A stretch of DNA of 64,000 bases from Coriobacteriia bacterium (GTDB taxonomy: Bacteria > Actinomycetota > Coriobacteriia > Coriobacteriales > UMGS124): positions 199,276 to 263,275 of the forward strand of contig JAGZEG010000001.1 of NCBI GenBank assembly GCA_018368455.1. Reading direction: 5' to 3'. Shown here one piece after another: positions 48,373-57,618 of this stretch. Made by a program: the position numbers and the translations under genes. The notes under the pieces are model-generated. The model made no database searches. It saw only the letters and a list, made by a program, of their open reading frames with translations, and was not told the origin of the DNA. Numbering within the stretch: the first letter of the stretch is position 1; each line of letters begins with the position of its first letter.

Positions 48373-49170
48373 CTAGGCGCCCAGGCTGCGATAGGCCGCG
48401 CAGACCTCGCTTGCCGGGCCGAATTGGCGCAAGTGCCCCTTCTCGATCCACACGGCCTTGTTGCACAGGCGCTCGATCTGTGACGTCTCGTGGCTGACGA
48501 TCATGACCGTGACGTTGTCGTCGTTGATGAGGCGCTGGATGCGCTCCTCGCACTTGCGCTGGAACAGAAAGTCGCCGACAGAGAGCGTCTCGTCGACGAT
48601 GAGCAGATCGGGGCGCGTCGAGGTCGCGATGGAGAACGCGATGCGCGCCACCATGCCCGACGAGTAGTTCTTGAGCGGCATGTCCAGAAAGTCGCGCAGC
48701 TCGGCGAAGTCGACGATGTCGTCGAAGTGCTCGTTGATGAACTGCTTGGAGTAGCCGAGCAGCGCGCCGTTGAGGTAGATGTTCTCTCGCGCCGTTAGCT
48801 CCATATCGAAGCCGGCGCCGAGCTCGATGAGCGGCGCGATCGTACCGTGCACGGTGCAGCTGCCTTCCGAGGGCTCAAGCACGCCCGCCACGATCTTGAG
48901 CATCGTGGACTTGCCGGAGCCGTTCGTGCCGACGAGGCCGAACACGTCGCCGCGGCGAACCTGGAACGTGATGTCGTTGAGGGCGCGAAACTCCTTGAAC
49001 ATCAGCTCGTGCCTCATGAGCTTGATGAAGTACTCCTTGAGGCTATTGAGCTGTTCTGAGGCCATGTTGAACACCATACTGACGTGGCTGGCGTCCACAA
49101 TGACGTCGCGCGTGTCCTTCGCCGGCGCCGCATGGCTCACGTCGGGCGTTTGCATGCTTTCGTCGCTCAT
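48373..49170 (-). CDS. ABC transporter ATP-binding protein, polysaccharide/teichoic-acid export type (TagH/Wzt-like)
   Basis: Walker A GTNGSGKST, signature YSSGMVARIAF, Walker B LLIVDETLSVGD. Confidence 0.88.
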   Translation of the reverse strand: MSDESMQTPDVSHAAPAKDTRDVIVDASHVSMVFNMASEQLNSLKEYFIKLMRHELMFKEFRALNDITFQVRRGDVFGLVGTNGSGKSTMLKIVAGVLEPSEGSCTVHGTIAPLIELGAGFDMELTARENIYLNGALLGYSKQFINEHFDDIVDFAELRDFLDMPLKNYSSGMVARIAFSIATSTRPDLLIVDETLSVGDFLFQRKCEERIQRLINDDNVTVMIVSHETSQIERLCNKAVWIEKGHLRQFGPASEVCAAYRSLGA

Positions 49171-49188
49171 GTGCTGCGTGCGCCTCCC

Positions 49189-50004
49189 TTAGATGTACAG
49201 GATGAACTTGTGCTGCGTCTTACGGAACACGAGGATGCCCACTGCAAGCGTGCCGAGGGCAAACGCAAGGCAAATGAGGTTCTCCTGCAGGCCGGGGATC
49301 GTCCCATACATCATGACGTCGCGGAAGTAGACGACGAAGTGGTACATGGGGTTGAAGTTCTCAACGGCCACGAGCGCCTGGGCGAGGCCCGGGTTAGGCA
49401 TGCCGGCCGTAAACTCGACGAGGTTCTGCGGCCAAAACACGGGCGTGAGGTAGTTCCATGCCGTCATGACGACGCCCCACAGGTGCATGACGTCACGGAA
49501 GAACACGGAGAGTGCCGACAGGATGAGACCGATGCCCACGGAGAACACGACGACGTACAGCACAAGGATGATGCCCATGAGCATCGTGGTGCCGTGGATG
49601 TAGAACGGGTCGTCAGCCGGGGACGTGAAGTGGAAGAACAGCATGACGCCCGCGACGGCGACGAGGGAAAGCGCGAAATTCACGAGGGAAAAGAGCACCT
49701 TCTCGATCGGGAAGACCGCCTTTTGCACGCGGACTTTCTTGATGAGCGGCGCGGCGTCGATAATGGAGCTCATGGCCCCGCACGTTGCGTCGCTCATCAG
49801 CGTGAACAGCACGGTACCCAAAATGAGGTACAGCGGGTAGTGGTCGATGTTGAAGCGGAACATATTGCTGAACACGAGCGTCATGACGGCCATCATGAGC
49901 AGCGGGTTCAGAACGCTCCATGCAACGCCGAGCACCGAGCGGCGGTATTTGAGCTTAAAGTCCTTCGTGACGAGCTGCTGAAGGATGAACAGCGTGCTGC
50001 GCAT
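49189..50004 (-). CDS. ABC-2 type transporter permease (TagG/Wzm-like)
   Basis: LVTKDFKLKYRRSVLGVAWSVLNPLLMM signature and 6 TM segments. Start set to ATG 50004. The track ORF extension to 50217 would run through tRNA-Arg and its terminator. Confidence 0.85.
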   Translation of the reverse strand: MRSTLFILQQLVTKDFKLKYRRSVLGVAWSVLNPLLMMAVMTLVFSNMFRFNIDHYPLYLILGTVLFTLMSDATCGAMSSIIDAAPLIKKVRVQKAVFPIEKVLFSLVNFALSLVAVAGVMLFFHFTSPADDPFYIHGTTMLMGIILVLYVVVFSVGIGLILSALSVFFRDVMHLWGVVMTAWNYLTPVFWPQNLVEFTAGMPNPGLAQALVAVENFNPMYHFVVYFRDVMMYGTIPGLQENLICLAFALGTLAVGILVFRKTQHKFILYI

Positions 50005-50076
50005 GACCTGGCGCGAGGCGGCTTTTGATGCGGGCGTGGTCGAGGCTTGGGTGTCAGTCACCGGCACAATCCCATC

Positions 50077-50118
50077 TCGAAAACGCCCCGCGACATCTCG
50101 AAAGACGCCGCGGGGCGT
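50077..50118 (-). terminator. Terminator after tRNA-Arg
   Basis: Perfect 10 bp stem ACGCCCCGCG (50083-50092) / CGCGGGGCGT (50109-50118), followed on the minus strand by UUUUCGAG. Confidence 0.6.
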
Positions 50119-50131
50119 AATGAAGGCAAGC

Positions 50132-50208
50132 TGGTGCCCCCTGACGGGCTCGAACCGTCGACCTTTCGCTCCGGAGGCGAACGCTCTAATCCGCTGAGCT
50201 AAGGGGGC
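50132..50208 (-). tRNA. tRNA-Arg (anticodon CCG)
   Basis: 77 nt: GCCCCCT-TA-GCTC-AGCGGATTA-GAGC-G-TTCGC-CTCCGGA-GCGAA-AGGTC-GACGG-TTCGAGC-CCGTC-AGGGGGC-A-CCA. Cloverleaf folded by hand. CCA is encoded. Confidence 0.93.
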
Positions 50209-50309
50209 ATTGCGCAAGCGATGGTACCACAGGGATGGCGCCGCTGCCAGAACCAGGTGCAGGCGTCACAGAAATACATGCGCAGTGAGACAGAGGTAGA
50301 CCGATATAC

Positions 50310-50336
50310 AAAAAGACCCCCGCAATGCGAGGGTCT
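50310..50336 (-). terminator. Terminator after the tRNA-Asn pair
   Basis: AGACCCUCGCA-U-UGCGGGGGUCU followed by UUUUUG on the minus strand. Confidence 0.65.
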
Positions 50337-50345
50337 TAGAGGAGC

Positions 50346-50420
50346 TGGCTCCCCGAGTAGGGCTCGAACCTACAACAACTCGGTTAACAGCCGAGTGCTC
50401 TACCATTGAGCTATCGGGGA
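50346..50420 (-). tRNA. tRNA-Asn (anticodon GTT), copy 1
   Basis: 75 nt: TCCCCGA-TA-GCTC-AATGGTA-GAGC-A-CTCGG-CTGTTAA-CCGAG-TTGTT-GTAGG-TTCGAGC-CCTAC-TCGGGGA-G-CCA. Confidence 0.95.
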
Positions 50421-50458
50421 ATGTCAAAAGGGAGGTATGCTCCCGGAGGAAAAGCAAG

Positions 50459-50533
50459 TGGCTCCCCGAGTAGGGCTCGAACCTACAACAACTCGGTTAA
50501 CAGCCGAGTGCTCTACCATTGAGCTATCGGGGA
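50459..50533 (-). tRNA. tRNA-Asn (anticodon GTT), copy 2 (identical)
   Basis: Same 75 nt sequence as 50346-50420, offset by 113 bp. Confidence 0.95.
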
Positions 50534-50558
50534 ATGCGGCGCTCAAACAGCGGTGATT

Positions 50559-50586
50559 AGTATAGACAAGCTGCCCTGCAACGCAA
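50559..50586 (-). promoter_or_regulatory. Candidate promoter of the tRNA-Asn genes
   Basis: Minus strand TTGCGT (50581-86), 16 nt spacer, TATACT (50559-64). The tRNA 5' end lies about 25 nt downstream. Confidence 0.45.
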
Positions 50587-50639
50587 GCAGAAACTTCGGA
50601 TATGGAGATGAGTCCATAAATTCGGAGACGTAGGCCTCC

Positions 50640-50685
50640 GAGAAAGAAGGCGGCCCGGGGGCGCATCGCTGCGTGCCCGGGCCGC
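50640..50685 (-). terminator. Terminator of rpoD
   Basis: Perfect 10 bp stem GCGGCCCGGG (50650-59) / CCCGGGCCGC (50676-85), followed on the minus strand by CUUCUUUCUCGG. Confidence 0.6.
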
Positions 50686-50715
50686 GCGGAAGACGATAGG
50701 AATCGCGTCAGGAGC

Positions 50716-52002
50716 TTAGTCCTCCAGATAGTCTTTCAGCTTGCTGGAGCGGCTGGGATGGCGAAGCTTGGCCAGCGTCTTGCTCTCGATCTGACGGATG
50801 CGCTCGCGCGTGACGCCGAACTCCTTGCCGACCTCCTCGAGCGTGCGGGGATGGCCGTCCGTCAGGCCGAAACGCAGCTCGATGACCTTGCGCTCGCGCT
50901 CGGCCAGCGTGTCGAGCACCTGGTTGATCTGCTCCTGGAGCATGGAGAAGCTTGCGGCGTCGGGCGGCACGATAGCCTGGCCATCCTCGATGAAGTCTCC
51001 GAGCTGGGAGTCCTCCTCCTCGCCGATAGGCGTCTCCAGCGACACGGGCTCCTGCGAGATCTTCTGAATCTCGCGGACGCGGTCGGGCGTCATGTCCATC
51101 TCCTCGGCGATCTCCTCCGGAGTGGGGTCGCGGCCGAGGTCCTGCAGCAGCTTGCGCTGGACGCGCACGAGCTTGTTGATCGTCTCGACCATGTGCACGG
51201 GGATGCGGATCGTGCGGGCCTGGTCGGCGATGGCGCGCGTGATGGCCTGGCGGATCCACCACGTGGCGTACGTGGAGAACTTGAAGCCCTTCGTGTAGTC
51301 GAACTTCTCGACTGCGCGGATGAGGCCGAGGTTGCCTTCCTGGATGAGGTCGAGAAACAGCATGCCGCGGCCGACGTAGCGCTTGGCAATGGAGACGACG
51401 AGGCGCAGGTTTGCGCTGATGAGGCGCTGTTTGGCGTCGAGACCCACCTGCTCGACGCGGTTGAGGCGGCGCAGCTCGGCGCGGGGCAGCTCCTCGCCCG
51501 AGTCCTCGGCGTCGTCAAGGCGCTTCGTGGCCTCGAGACCCGCCTCGATCTTCATGGCCAGGTCGATCTCCTCCGAGGCGGAGAGCAGGTCTACCTTGCC
51601 GATCTCCTTCAGATACATGCGCACGGGGTCGCCCGTGAGCAGCACGGGGGCCTGCGGCTCGTTGCGACGTCCATGTGCCTTGCGGCGCGACTTAGTGGGG
51701 GCAGTCACCTTGGGGAGCTCGATGTCGACGACGGCGGCCTCCGACGTGTCGATCTCGTCCTCGATCTCCTCCTCGGCGAAGCTCTCCTCCTCTTCGGCAT
51801 CGACGGCATCGCCAGACGCCTTGATGTCGACGCCCTGAGCGCGAATGGCATCGTAGACAGCCTCGAGCTCGTCGCCGTCCGTGTCGACGTCGGCAAGAGC
51901 TATCTGGATGTCGTCCTCGGTGATGGAACCCTCGGTCTTGCCCTTGAGCACGAGCTTTTCAACCGAAGCGTTCAGCTCGTCCGAGAGGGCAACGTCCTTC
52001 AT
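50716..52002 (-). CDS. rpoD: Primary RNA polymerase sigma factor (sigma-70 / SigA)
   Basis: [42 protein letters not shown] (region 2), region 4 [23 protein letters not shown], and an acidic N-terminal region. Start ATG 52002 is tentative; the ORF extends to 52122. Confidence 0.93.
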   Translation of the reverse strand: MKDVALSDELNASVEKLVLKGKTEGSITEDDIQIALADVDTDGDELEAVYDAIRAQGVDIKASGDAVDAEEEESFAEEEIEDEIDTSEAAVVDIELPKVTAPTKSRRKAHGRRNEPQAPVLLTGDPVRMYLKEIGKVDLLSASEEIDLAMKIEAGLEATKRLDDAEDSGEELPRAELRRLNRVEQVGLDAKQRLISANLRLVVSIAKRYVGRGMLFLDLIQEGNLGLIRAVEKFDYTKGFKFSTYATWWIRQAITRAIADQARTIRIPVHMVETINKLVRVQRKLLQDLGRDPTPEEIAEEMDMTPDRVREIQKISQEPVSLETPIGEEEDSQLGDFIEDGQAIVPPDAASFSMLQEQINQVLDTLAERERKVIELRFGLTDGHPRTLEEVGKEFGVTRERIRQIESKTLAKLRHPSRSSKLKDYLED

Positions 52003-52163
52003 CGTCTTCGTCAAACCCTGTCCTTTCACCGTGAGTCGCGCATAATGCGCACGGCCGAGACTAAACCTCCTCTGCCGTGTACCCAAAACCGATGCGTCTC
52101 TTACAAACGAATTATTATCCACGCCGAGCGGCAGTCATTCAAGCACGCGGTGCTCGATCTCCC

Positions 52164-54074
52164 CTACTTCATCGCACGCAAGCCGGTCTCGAGTTCCTTG
52201 AGGCGTCGCTGATAGCCCGTCAGCTCTGCGAACAGCGTGTTGAACGCATCGGGATCACCCGTCGCGTCCAGGGCGTTGAGGCGTGCGCGGCCCTGATCGA
52301 TCTGGCGTCGCAGCGACTTCATCTCGAGGTCATCGAGCAGGATGTTGAGCGCACGCCCGTTGTCCTGCTCGCTTGCAAGGGCTGAGTCGCCGGCTGCGAG
52401 GATGGTCGCCCCCTCGGGCACAACGGACTCTGCTGCCCCGATGGCCTGCAGCGGCGTTGTCCCCTCCGGCGTGGCGAGCAGGGCCCAGGCGATGGCCTCG
52501 TCACGGGGATCGGCCCACACGATGGAGGCGACGCGGTCGGCAAAGGCGCGCGACGCGTCAACGTCTGCGGCGATCGTCGCAAGCACCTCCCGCTCGACGC
52601 GGATCATGCGCGCGTCGCCGGGCAGCAACGTCGCGAGCATCGGAGCGGACGCCGTGGCGGGGGGACGCAGGTCGTCGCGCAAGTCAAGTCGGTCCGTGCG
52701 CGTTTCGAAAACGATGGGCTCGTCGGGGGCGTCGTCGTAGTCGGGGCGGGGTGCCCACTGGACGCGCGCAAGTGACGTGCGCACGGTCGTCGCGTCCGTC
52801 ATGAGACGGTCCGCGACGTACTGCACGTACTCCTCGCCCAACGGCGTTCCCTTGACCGGGCCCATGGCCTGCACGACGTCGGCGAGCGCGTTGACGCGCC
52901 CCTCGGGCGTCGTCGTGTCGAACTGGTCGATATGCCTGTCGACGACGTAGCGCGCGAGCGGCACAGCGCCGTCGAGCAGCGAGCGCAGCTCCTCGACGGG
53001 GTGGGCACGCAGGAACTCGTCGGGATCCTTGCCGTCGGGCAGCGTGAGGCGATACATGGGTGTAGGCACGGTGCCCGCATACTCGAACGCGCGCTCTGCA
53101 GCCTTCTGGCCGGCGGAGTCGGCGTCCTGCAGGCACACGATGCGGCCGCGGCTCACTGACGAGGCGCCGCTCTGCAGAAACGACGTGATGCGCTTCATCT
53201 GCGCTGGCGTTAGCGCCGTGCCGCACGGGGCGACGACGTTGCTGATGCCCGCCTCGTGCATGGATATGGCATCGAAGTAGCCCTCGACGATGATGGCCTC
53301 CTGAGCCGCCGTGATGCCGGACTTTGCCCGGTCGAGCGCGAAGACCGTCTGCTTCTTTGAGTAGAGCGTCGACTCGCCCGAGTTTATGTACTTCGCCGGC
53401 GCGCTCGGGTCGAGGGAGCGCCCGCCGAGCGCGATAACGCGGCCCTCGGGGTTGCAGATGGGGATGATGACGCGGTCGAAGAAGAAATCGCGCAACTTGC
53501 CGCCCTTGTCGGAGGCAAGGCGGGCGTCGATGAGCTCCTGGCGCGTGAAGCCCTGGCGCGTGAGCTCGCCGATGAGTGCGCCGCCGCCCGGGGCATAGCC
53601 CAGGTTCCAGCGGTCAGCGACCGCGCTGCCCATGCCACGGCCGGCGAGGTAGGAGCGCGCCTTGGCAGGCCCCCCGTCGCGCACGCGCGTGAGCTGCGCG
53701 TGGTAGAACGCCGTCGCCGCTTCCATGGCTGCAAACAGGCGGGCCTTGCGCGAGGACGAGCCGTGACGGCGCGAGCGGGTCTCGTCGTCTTTCAACTCGA
53801 TGCCCGCACGGTCGGCCAGAATGTGAACCGCCTCAGGAAACTCGACGTTGTCGCGCAGCTGCACGTATTTGAAGCAGTCACCGCCCTGCTGGCAGCCGAA
53901 GCAAAACCACGTGCCGAGGCGCGTGCGAATGTGAAACGACGGACTCTTCTCGTGGTGAAAGGGACAGCAGCCCCACAGCTCGCCGTTTTGCGGCCGCAGC
54001 GCGACCGTCTCGCCGACGAGGGCGGCAAGATCTGTTGCCTCGCGGACTTTCTGGACCTCTTCGGGGCTGATCAC
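52164..54074 (-). CDS. dnaG: DNA primase
   Basis: Zinc finger CCPFHHEKSPSFHIRTRLGTWFCFGC and Toprim EAIIVEGYFDAISMHEAG. GTG start overlaps the ribF TGA (GTGA). Confidence 0.93.
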   Translation of the reverse strand: MISPEEVQKVREATDLAALVGETVALRPQNGELWGCCPFHHEKSPSFHIRTRLGTWFCFGCQQGGDCFKYVQLRDNVEFPEAVHILADRAGIELKDDETRSRRHGSSSRKARLFAAMEAATAFYHAQLTRVRDGGPAKARSYLAGRGMGSAVADRWNLGYAPGGGALIGELTRQGFTRQELIDARLASDKGGKLRDFFFDRVIIPICNPEGRVIALGGRSLDPSAPAKYINSGESTLYSKKQTVFALDRAKSGITAAQEAIIVEGYFDAISMHEAGISNVVAPCGTALTPAQMKRITSFLQSGASSVSRGRIVCLQDADSAGQKAAERAFEYAGTVPTPMYRLTLPDGKDPDEFLRAHPVEELRSLLDGAVPLARYVVDRHIDQFDTTTPEGRVNALADVVQAMGPVKGTPLGEEYVQYVADRLMTDATTVRTSLARVQWAPRPDYDDAPDEPIVFETRTDRLDLRDDLRPPATASAPMLATLLPGDARMIRVEREVLATIAADVDASRAFADRVASIVWADPRDEAIAWALLATPEGTTPLQAIGAAESVVPEGATILAAGDSALASEQDNGRALNILLDDLEMKSLRRQIDQGRARLNALDATGDPDAFNTLFAELTGYQRRLKELETGLRAMK

Positions 54075-55132
54075 AGCGTCAGACCCTTTGTGCCGTAGGC
54101 GGAGGCAACCCAGTCAATGTTGCCGTTGACCGTGGCGATGAGCTCGTCAAGTGAGTCAAACTTGCGCTGCGGGCGCAGGAACTTCGTGAACGCGACGCGC
54201 ACGGACTCGCCGTAAAGGTCGCCGGTGAAGCCAATGAGGTTCGCTTCGAGCTCCGCGCACCCCTGCTTGCCGGCGAACGTGCGCGGAATGCCGACGTTGA
54301 TGGCAGCGGGCCACGCGACGCCGCGCGCCTCGACGAAGCCGGCGTACACGCCCTCGGCGGGCATGACGTACGGGTAGGTGATCTGCACGTTAGCCGTGGG
54401 GAATCCCAGGTCGCGACCCTCGTGGCGACCGTTGACGACCGTGCCCCTCAGGTAATAGGGACGGCATAGCAGATCGGTCGCCTCGTCAATGTTGCCGGCA
54501 GCCAGATCGTTGCGGACGCGTGTTGCGCTGACGGTCCGGTCGTCGAAGCGTCGCAGGACGTGGCCGTGCACGTCGAACCCGTCGCGCTCCCCCACTGCGC
54601 GCAGACTGTCGACCGTCCCCTCGTTGCCGGCCCCCAGGCGGAAGTCGGCGCCCACGTGGATGGCCTTGACCTCCATGACGCGTCCGAGGACGTCGTGCAG
54701 GAAGCTTTCGCAGCTGTGCGAGGCAAGCTCGCGCGTGAACGAGACGATGATAACGTAGTCGGTGCCGAACGTACGCAGGTACGCGGCGCGATCCTCGTCG
54801 CTGAGCAGCTTTCGCACGCGCTCGCGCGGCAAGAAGAGCTCGTCGGGGTCGGGCTCGAACGTTACGATGGCGCTGGCGATACCTCTGTCACGCGCGTCTT
54901 GCACGACGTGCGAGAACAGGAAGCGATGCCCCTGGTGGACGCCGTCGAACGCGCCGATCGAGCAGACCGCGGGGCCGATGTATGGCGCATCCTGGTCGAG
55001 ATCGAGGCGTATGAGGCGCGCTTCGCTGGCGGAGCCCTGTGCAGGCGAGGCGGAGGCGCCGTCATGAGAGGGCTGCACGAGAAAGGCGCGACGTGCGAGC
55101 TCCAGGGGGGTGATGTCGTCCATCGTCACCAT
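54071..55132 (-). CDS. ribF: Bifunctional riboflavin kinase / FMN adenylyltransferase
   Basis: CSIGAFDGVHQGHRFL and GFPTANV motifs. Follows truB. Confidence 0.92.
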   Translation of the reverse strand: MVTMDDITPLELARRAFLVQPSHDGASASPAQGSASEARLIRLDLDQDAPYIGPAVCSIGAFDGVHQGHRFLFSHVVQDARDRGIASAIVTFEPDPDELFLPRERVRKLLSDEDRAAYLRTFGTDYVIIVSFTRELASHSCESFLHDVLGRVMEVKAIHVGADFRLGAGNEGTVDSLRAVGERDGFDVHGHVLRRFDDRTVSATRVRNDLAAGNIDEATDLLCRPYYLRGTVVNGRHEGRDLGFPTANVQITYPYVMPAEGVYAGFVEARGVAWPAAINVGIPRTFAGKQGCAELEANLIGFTGDLYGESVRVAFTKFLRPQRKFDSLDELIATVNGNIDWVASAYGTKGLTL

Positions 55133-55134
55133 CG

Positions 55135-56100
55135 CTACCCTTCGTCGTTCATTCCGTCGATGCCGTCTGGGAAGACGGCCGCAGGCTCGAGGCGCCCGCG
55201 TCGCACCGTCGCGACCGCACGCAGCAGCCCGCCGGACACGAGCGCGACCCGTTCGCCCTCTCGGGCGTTTGCCAGAACGCCGCAGTCAACCGGCGTGCCG
55301 TTGCGCACGGCGGCGCTCTCCCGCTCGGACAGTGCGCGGGTGCGTAGCCCGAGCACGGCAGCGGGGTCGAGCGGGCGAAGAGCTTGTACCCCGAGGTACT
55401 CGAGCTCATCCAGAGAGACGCACTGCGACAGCGAGACGCTGCCAGAGCGCGTGCGCCTCAGCTGGCGCAGGTGGCACGCGCTACCCAGCTCGCGCCCCAG
55501 ATCGCGCGCGAGGGCGCGCACGTACGTGCCCTTGGAGACATGCACGATGATGTCCCAGAACGGGGCGCCGTCGTCGTCGGTGCCCGTCGCGAGCGCCAGG
55601 GCGGAGAGTACGCGGATCGGCCTCGGGTCAAGCGCGACCTCCTCGCCGCGACGCGCTGCGGCATACGCACGCACGCCGTCGACGGAGATGGCCGAGTACG
55701 CCGGAGGGACCTGCTGCGTCATGTTGAGTAGCAAGTTCATGGAGTCCTGCGCAAAGGCAAGGTCGAGCACATGCTCGGGGGTCGATGCCTCGCAGCGCGT
55801 CTCGCCCTCGGCGTCGTCGGTCGTCGTCTCATGGCCAAACGAGACGCGGGCGAGGTACTCCTTGTCTTCTGCGGTCGCGAAGCCGAGCAGGCGCGTCGCC
55901 TGACCTACACCGAGCACCATGACGCCCGTCGCGAGCGGGTCGAGCGTGCCGGCGTGGCCGATGCGGCGCTCGTGCAACGCACGGCGCACGCGGGCCACGA
56001 CGTCGTGCGACGTCATGCCGGCTGGCTTGTCTATGCCAACGAGCAGGTTGAGCCCGCTCGTCGATGCGGGGCGGCGTCCCATGCTACGCCTCGCACGCAT
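55135..56100 (-). CDS. truB: tRNA pseudouridine(55) synthase
   Basis: LLVGIDKPAGMTSHDVVARVRRALHERRIGHAGTLDPLATGVMVLGVG. ATG 56082 is an alternative start. Confidence 0.92.
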   Translation of the reverse strand: MRARRSMGRRPASTSGLNLLVGIDKPAGMTSHDVVARVRRALHERRIGHAGTLDPLATGVMVLGVGQATRLLGFATAEDKEYLARVSFGHETTTDDAEGETRCEASTPEHVLDLAFAQDSMNLLLNMTQQVPPAYSAISVDGVRAYAAARRGEEVALDPRPIRVLSALALATGTDDDGAPFWDIIVHVSKGTYVRALARDLGRELGSACHLRQLRRTRSGSVSLSQCVSLDELEYLGVQALRPLDPAAVLGLRTRALSERESAAVRNGTPVDCGVLANAREGERVALVSGGLLRAVATVRRGRLEPAAVFPDGIDGMNDEG

Positions 56101-57148
56101 GCGGCGCCACGGCCGCGTGGTGGGCCGTAAGGGCCTGCGAGAGGGCTTGGACGACGTCGCGCAGGGCGTCGGGCATGGCGCCCTCGTAGGTCAGGCCGGC
56201 GGCGGAGCGGTGCCCTCCCCCGTTGAAGCGCTCGGCGACGGACGCGACGTCGAGACTCCCCTTGGAGCGCAGGTTGCCGCGCACGCCCGTGCCGTCCGCA
56301 CGCTCGCGGAAGAACGCGCACGCATCGATGTCGGCGACGGAGCGTACAACGTCGATGAGGCCCTCGCAGTCCTCGGGCTTCGCATGCAGGCGCTCGAGGT
56401 CTTCGCACGTAACCCAGCTGTAAGCAATGCGCCCAGTCTCGTCGAGGGCGAGACGCTCCATAGCCAGAGCCTTGAGGTGCATGCAGGCGACGGTGTCGCT
56501 CTGGTACACCCACGTCGCGATCTGGGCGGGGGACGCGCCGGCGTCGATGAGGTCGGCCGAAGCCCGCAGTGCGTGGGCGTCAGTGTTCTGGTACTGGTAG
56601 CGGCCCGTGTCCGTGAGGATGGCCGTTAGCAGGCACGTCGCCACGGAGAGCGACGGCTCCACGCCCAGGTAGCGCATGAAGTCGTACACGATATCGCCTG
56701 CGGAAGCGGCCGTGTCGCGCACGAGGTTGATCTGCGCGAACTCCTGCAGCGTGGGATGGTGGTCGATGGCGACGGTTGCGCGGGCACGTTCGAACACGGC
56801 GGCACCATTCTTGAGCCGCTCGGGCATCGGCGTGTCCACGCTGATGAACAGGTCGGGTGTGTCTGTGTACTTCGAGGCCCACACGAGCCCGTCTGCCCCA
56901 GGAAGCTGAGCGTACACGCGCGGAACGTCGGCGTCGTTTGCGAGCAGGGATGTGACGTGCTTCTCGGGCCAGCGCTGGGCGATGATGGCAGCAAGGCCCA
57001 GGTTGGAGCCAAGCGCGTCTCCGTCAGGGTCTGTGTGACCCGAGATGGCGATGGTGTCGGCCTCTTCAATGGCCGCCTCGATGAGCGCGAACGCCGAACG
57101 CTCGCGCTCATCGAGCGGCATGGGCCAGCAGGTGGATGAGGACATCAC
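56084..57148 (-). CDS. nrnA: DHH-family phosphoesterase (NrnA-like oligoribonuclease / pAp phosphatase)
   Basis: ISGHTDPDGDALGS, AIDHH and DHHA1 GGGH motifs. Sits between rbfA and truB as in many Gram-positives. Confidence 0.85.
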   Translation of the reverse strand: MMSSSTCWPMPLDERERSAFALIEAAIEEADTIAISGHTDPDGDALGSNLGLAAIIAQRWPEKHVTSLLANDADVPRVYAQLPGADGLVWASKYTDTPDLFISVDTPMPERLKNGAAVFERARATVAIDHHPTLQEFAQINLVRDTAASAGDIVYDFMRYLGVEPSLSVATCLLTAILTDTGRYQYQNTDAHALRASADLIDAGASPAQIATWVYQSDTVACMHLKALAMERLALDETGRIAYSWVTCEDLERLHAKPEDCEGLIDVVRSVADIDACAFFRERADGTGVRGNLRSKGSLDVASVAERFNGGGHRSAAGLTYEGAMPDALRDVVQALSQALTAHHAAVAPHACEA

Positions 57149-57591
57149 AGCGCCTGACCACCCGCCGGGTCGTCCTGCTCGTCATCCCCGTCGAGATCGA
57201 CGTCCGCGTCATCCTCGATGGGATAGCCGAACTCGTCCTTAGGCACGCTCATTGTTGGAGGCACGTTCTTGAGCGCCTCCGTGATGCGCATGGCCTCGTC
57301 CGTCGTCGTATCGATGACGAAGTCGAGCTCGGGCGTGACGCGCCACGTGAGCGAGCGGCCAAGCAGCGAACGAATGCGCCCCTTAGCCGATTCGAGGCCG
57401 GCGAGTACGTCGTCGTAGGTGCCGGGCTGTGCCGCCACGTACACGCGGCACAGCGATCGATCGACCGACACCTCACACGACGTGATCGTGATCAGGTCAA
57501 GACGCGGGTCGGAGACCTCGAGCATGAGAATCGAGGCGATCTTCTCCCGCGCCTCGCGCGCCAGGCGGCGCGTTGCGGCGTTCTGCTTCAT
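57145..57591 (-). CDS. rbfA: Ribosome-binding factor A
   Basis: RRLAREAREKIASILMLEVSDPRLDLITITSCEVSVDRSLCRVYV. Acidic C-terminal tail. Confidence 0.92.
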   Translation of the reverse strand: MKQNAATRRLAREAREKIASILMLEVSDPRLDLITITSCEVSVDRSLCRVYVAAQPGTYDDVLAGLESAKGRIRSLLGRSLTWRVTPELDFVIDTTTDEAMRITEALKNVPPTMSVPKDEFGYPIEDDADVDLDGDDEQDDPAGGQAL

Positions 57592-57618
57592 GGTGAAACC
57601 CTCCTCCCCGCGCGGCAG

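Noticed and set aside
50346-50533. A 113 bp periodic repeat that could be mistaken for a mini CRISPR array or a satellite.
   Set aside because: There are only two copies, and each folds into a complete tRNA-Asn cloverleaf with CCA. No further repeats or cas genes are present.
50266-50666. Track ORFs 50266..50457 (-), 50424..50666 (-), 50221..50409 (+), and the 5' extension of ORF 49189..50217.
   Set aside because: They overlap the tRNA-Asn/tRNA-Arg genes and their terminators. The repeated peptide FPDSSMVEHSAVNRVVVGSSPTRGA is just the translated tRNA-Asn sequence.
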